Below, piece by piece: positions 54,531 to 56,262 of a stretch of 56,262 nt of DNA (positions are counted from its first letter, which is position 1; each line of letters starts with the position of its first letter). Under the pieces are notes generated by a model that saw only the letters and a list, made by a program, of their open reading frames with translations, did no database searches and was not told the origin of the DNA. A program made the translations under genes and the position numbers. The DNA is from Rubricoccaceae bacterium (lineage in GTDB: Bacteria > Actinomycetota > Actinomycetes > S36-B12), in the NCBI GenBank assembly GCA_040381195.1, contig JBEIHR010000002.1, positions 1 to 56,262 on the forward strand. The letters are read 5' to 3'.

Positions 54531-55727
54531 GTGATGCTCGACGGTCGCGTCTACGCGGATCACGCCGCGACCTCGCCCATGCTTCCCGAAGTTCGGGACG
54601 CATGGACCACCGCGTCTCGAGTGGCCGGTAACCCGTCGTCGCTCCATGCCAGCGGACGTGCAGCACGACGCATCGTCGAGGAAGCACGGGAGTCCATCGC
54701 TGCGGCTCTCCATGCTCGCCCCTCGTCGGTCATCTTCACGTCGGGGGGAACCGAGGCAGACAACCTCGCGGTCAAGGGTCTCTTCTGGGCAGCGCGCGAT
54801 CGTGGCGATGCCCCGCGCGTCCTGGCCTCGTCCATCGAGCACCACGCCGTGCTGGACCCCGTGGAGTGGTTGGCAAAGCACGAGGGTGCGGATGTCACCT
54901 GGATCCCGGTGGATAGCCGTGGGCTCGTCGATCCTGCCTGGATCGCAGAGCGCCTCGACAGGCTCGGGGGAGATGCGGCTCTGTGCACCGTGATGTGGGC
55001 GAACAACGAGATCGGAAGCATCCAACCCGTCCAGGACATCGCGCGTATCTGTCGAGATGCAGGAGTCCCGTTCCACACCGATGCCGTCCAGGTCCTGGGC
55101 CAGGTGCCGATCGACATCACGGCGTTGGGTGCATCCGCGGTCACCATCAGCAGCCACAAGGTCGGGGGGCCGGTCGGCATCGGGGCCCTCATCATCGACA
55201 TCGCCGAGCAATTCACCCCGGTCGTCCATGGTGGGGGTCAGGAACGAGAGATCCGTTCCGGGACTTTGGACTGCGCTCTCGCGTCGGGCTTCGCCGCCGC
55301 GGTCGAGAGTGCGGTCACATCGCAACACAGTCATGCCGAACGAATGCGTGCGCTCCAGGAGTCACTGATCACCGGTGTTCGCTCCGCCGTGCCCGATGCC
55401 ATCCTCAATGGAGGAGAGGGCGTGATGCGGCTCCCGGGCAATGTGCATTTCACCTTCCCGGGATGCGAGGGTGATGCACTTCTCATGCTCCTGGATGCCG
55501 CAGGCATCGACTGCTCCACCGGATCTGCCTGCACCGCGGGGATTCCGGAGCCGAGCCACGTCCTCCTCGCGACAGGAGTGCCCGATTCCCTCGCTCGGTC
55601 ATCACTGCGCTTCAGTCTCGGACGCACCTCAAGCGACGAGGACGTTTCACGAATCGTCGCTGCGCTCCCGGCCGCGGTGGATCGTGCCAAGCGCGCGGGA
55701 TCGTCGACTCGGAGTAGTGCCGGATGA
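54531..55727 (+). CDS. Cysteine desulfurase (NifS/IscS class)
   Basis: 398 aa. PLP-lysine [10 protein letters not shown]; catalytic Cys loop GSACTAG. Confidence 0.9.
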   Translation: MMLDGRVYADHAATSPMLPEVRDAWTTASRVAGNPSSLHASGRAARRIVEEARESIAAALHARPSSVIFTSGGTEADNLAVKGLFWAARDRGDAPRVLASSIEHHAVLDPVEWLAKHEGADVTWIPVDSRGLVDPAWIAERLDRLGGDAALCTVMWANNEIGSIQPVQDIARICRDAGVPFHTDAVQVLGQVPIDITALGASAVTISSHKVGGPVGIGALIIDIAEQFTPVVHGGGQEREIRSGTLDCALASGFAAAVESAVTSQHSHAERMRALQESLITGVRSAVPDAILNGGEGVMRLPGNVHFTFPGCEGDALLMLLDAAGIDCSTGSACTAGIPEPSHVLLATGVPDSLARSSLRFSLGRTSSDEDVSRIVAALPAAVDRAKRAGSSTRSSAG

Positions 55728-56262
55728 AGCTCATCGCCGCGCTGAGCGGCGGGGTCGATTCCTCGGTAGCTGCCGCACGCGCACTCGACGATGGACACGA
55801 TGTGGTCGGGGTGCACCTGGCCCTGGCACGAAAGTCGGCGGGTGGACGCGAGCGCGGGTGCTGCACTCTTGATGATGCTCGGGATGCACGTCGTGTCGCA
55901 GATATCTTGGGCATCCCCTTCTACGTATGGGACTTCGCCGAGAGATTCCGGGAAACCGTCATGGCCGATTTCCTCGATGAGTACAGCGCCGGCCGTACCC
56001 CGAATCCCTGTCTTCGCTGTAACGAGCACATCAAGTTCAGTGCCGTCCTCGACAGGGCTCACGCTCTGGGGTTCGATGGAATCGTCACGGGGCACTACGC
56101 CCGCATCGAACACAGCGAGCGCGGACCCGAGTTGTTCCGTGCCAGTGATCCTTCCAAGGATCAGTCCTACGTTCTGGCCGTCGTCCCCCGCAGCAAACTG
56201 GCCGCGGCGCACTTTCCACTCGGGCGTGACCATAAGGCGGATGTGCGATTGGAAGCAGCGGC
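55724..56262 (+). CDS. mnmA: tRNA 2-thiouridine(34) synthase MnmA, N-terminal part (runs off the right edge)
   Basis: Manual translation from the ATG at 55724 (ATGA overlap). PP-loop [11 protein letters not shown]; then [15 protein letters not shown] and DQSYVL. No stop before the window end, so it is absent from the ORF track. Confidence 0.9.
   Translation, partial: MKLIAALSGGVDSSVAAARALDDGHDVVGVHLALARKSAGGRERGCCTLDDARDARRVADILGIPFYVWDFAERFRETVMADFLDEYSAGRTPNPCLRCNEHIKFSAVLDRAHALGFDGIVTGHYARIEHSERGPELFRASDPSKDQSYVLAVVPRSKLAAAHFPLGRDHKADVRLEAA

Overview
Visibly high-GC, very tightly packed chromosomal core region of an actinobacterium (Micrococcales-like gene content). I call about 58 CDS, one tRNA and one frameshifted gene. 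Order: kgd (partial) - SDR - L,D-transpeptidase - thioesterase - SLT transglycosylase - DUF697-type GTPase - PAC2 - secreted S33 peptidase - [408-bp unexplained gap] - tgt/yhhQ (queuosine salvage) - tRNA-Arg(CCG) - yihY - cspA - argS-lysA-hom-thrC-thrB - rho - rpmE - prfA-prmC-tsaC - glyA - wecA - atpI-like/atpBEFHAGDC - PduO adenosyltransferase - murA - nucS - mce/meaB - thioredoxin-TPR (frameshifted) - glgB/glgP/glgX - enoyl-CoA hydratase - methyltransferase/GT4/hexapeptide acyltransferase - etfBA - cysteine desulfurase - mnmA (partial). From memory, the argS-to-glgP block is colinear with M. tuberculosis Rv1292-Rv1328, and the right end resembles Rv3024c-Rv3034c. I see no mobile elements, CRISPR, defence islands, toxin-antitoxin pairs or compositionally foreign DNA, and no convincing novel multi-gene protein system. 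The one stretch ordinary annotation does not explain is 9833-10240. It holds a chain of eight hairpins whose GNRA-type loops lie only on the minus strand, downstream of a sigma-A-like promoter and upstream of the S33 peptidase. I treat it as a candidate unclassified structured RNA or long leader. Other points worth a second look: a +1 frameshift in a C6 run in the thioredoxin-TPR gene; a tRNA whose 3' end lies 4 nt from the yhhQ start codon; all nine convergent gene pairs overlapping at their stop codons (four share a palindromic CTAG); tandem repeats in the Rho R/D-rich insert and a duplicated motif in the rho leader; and an alpha-glucan gene cluster next to an MGLP-like methyltransferase/GT4/acyltransferase trio. 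All calls rest on manual translation and motif recognition. No searches were run.
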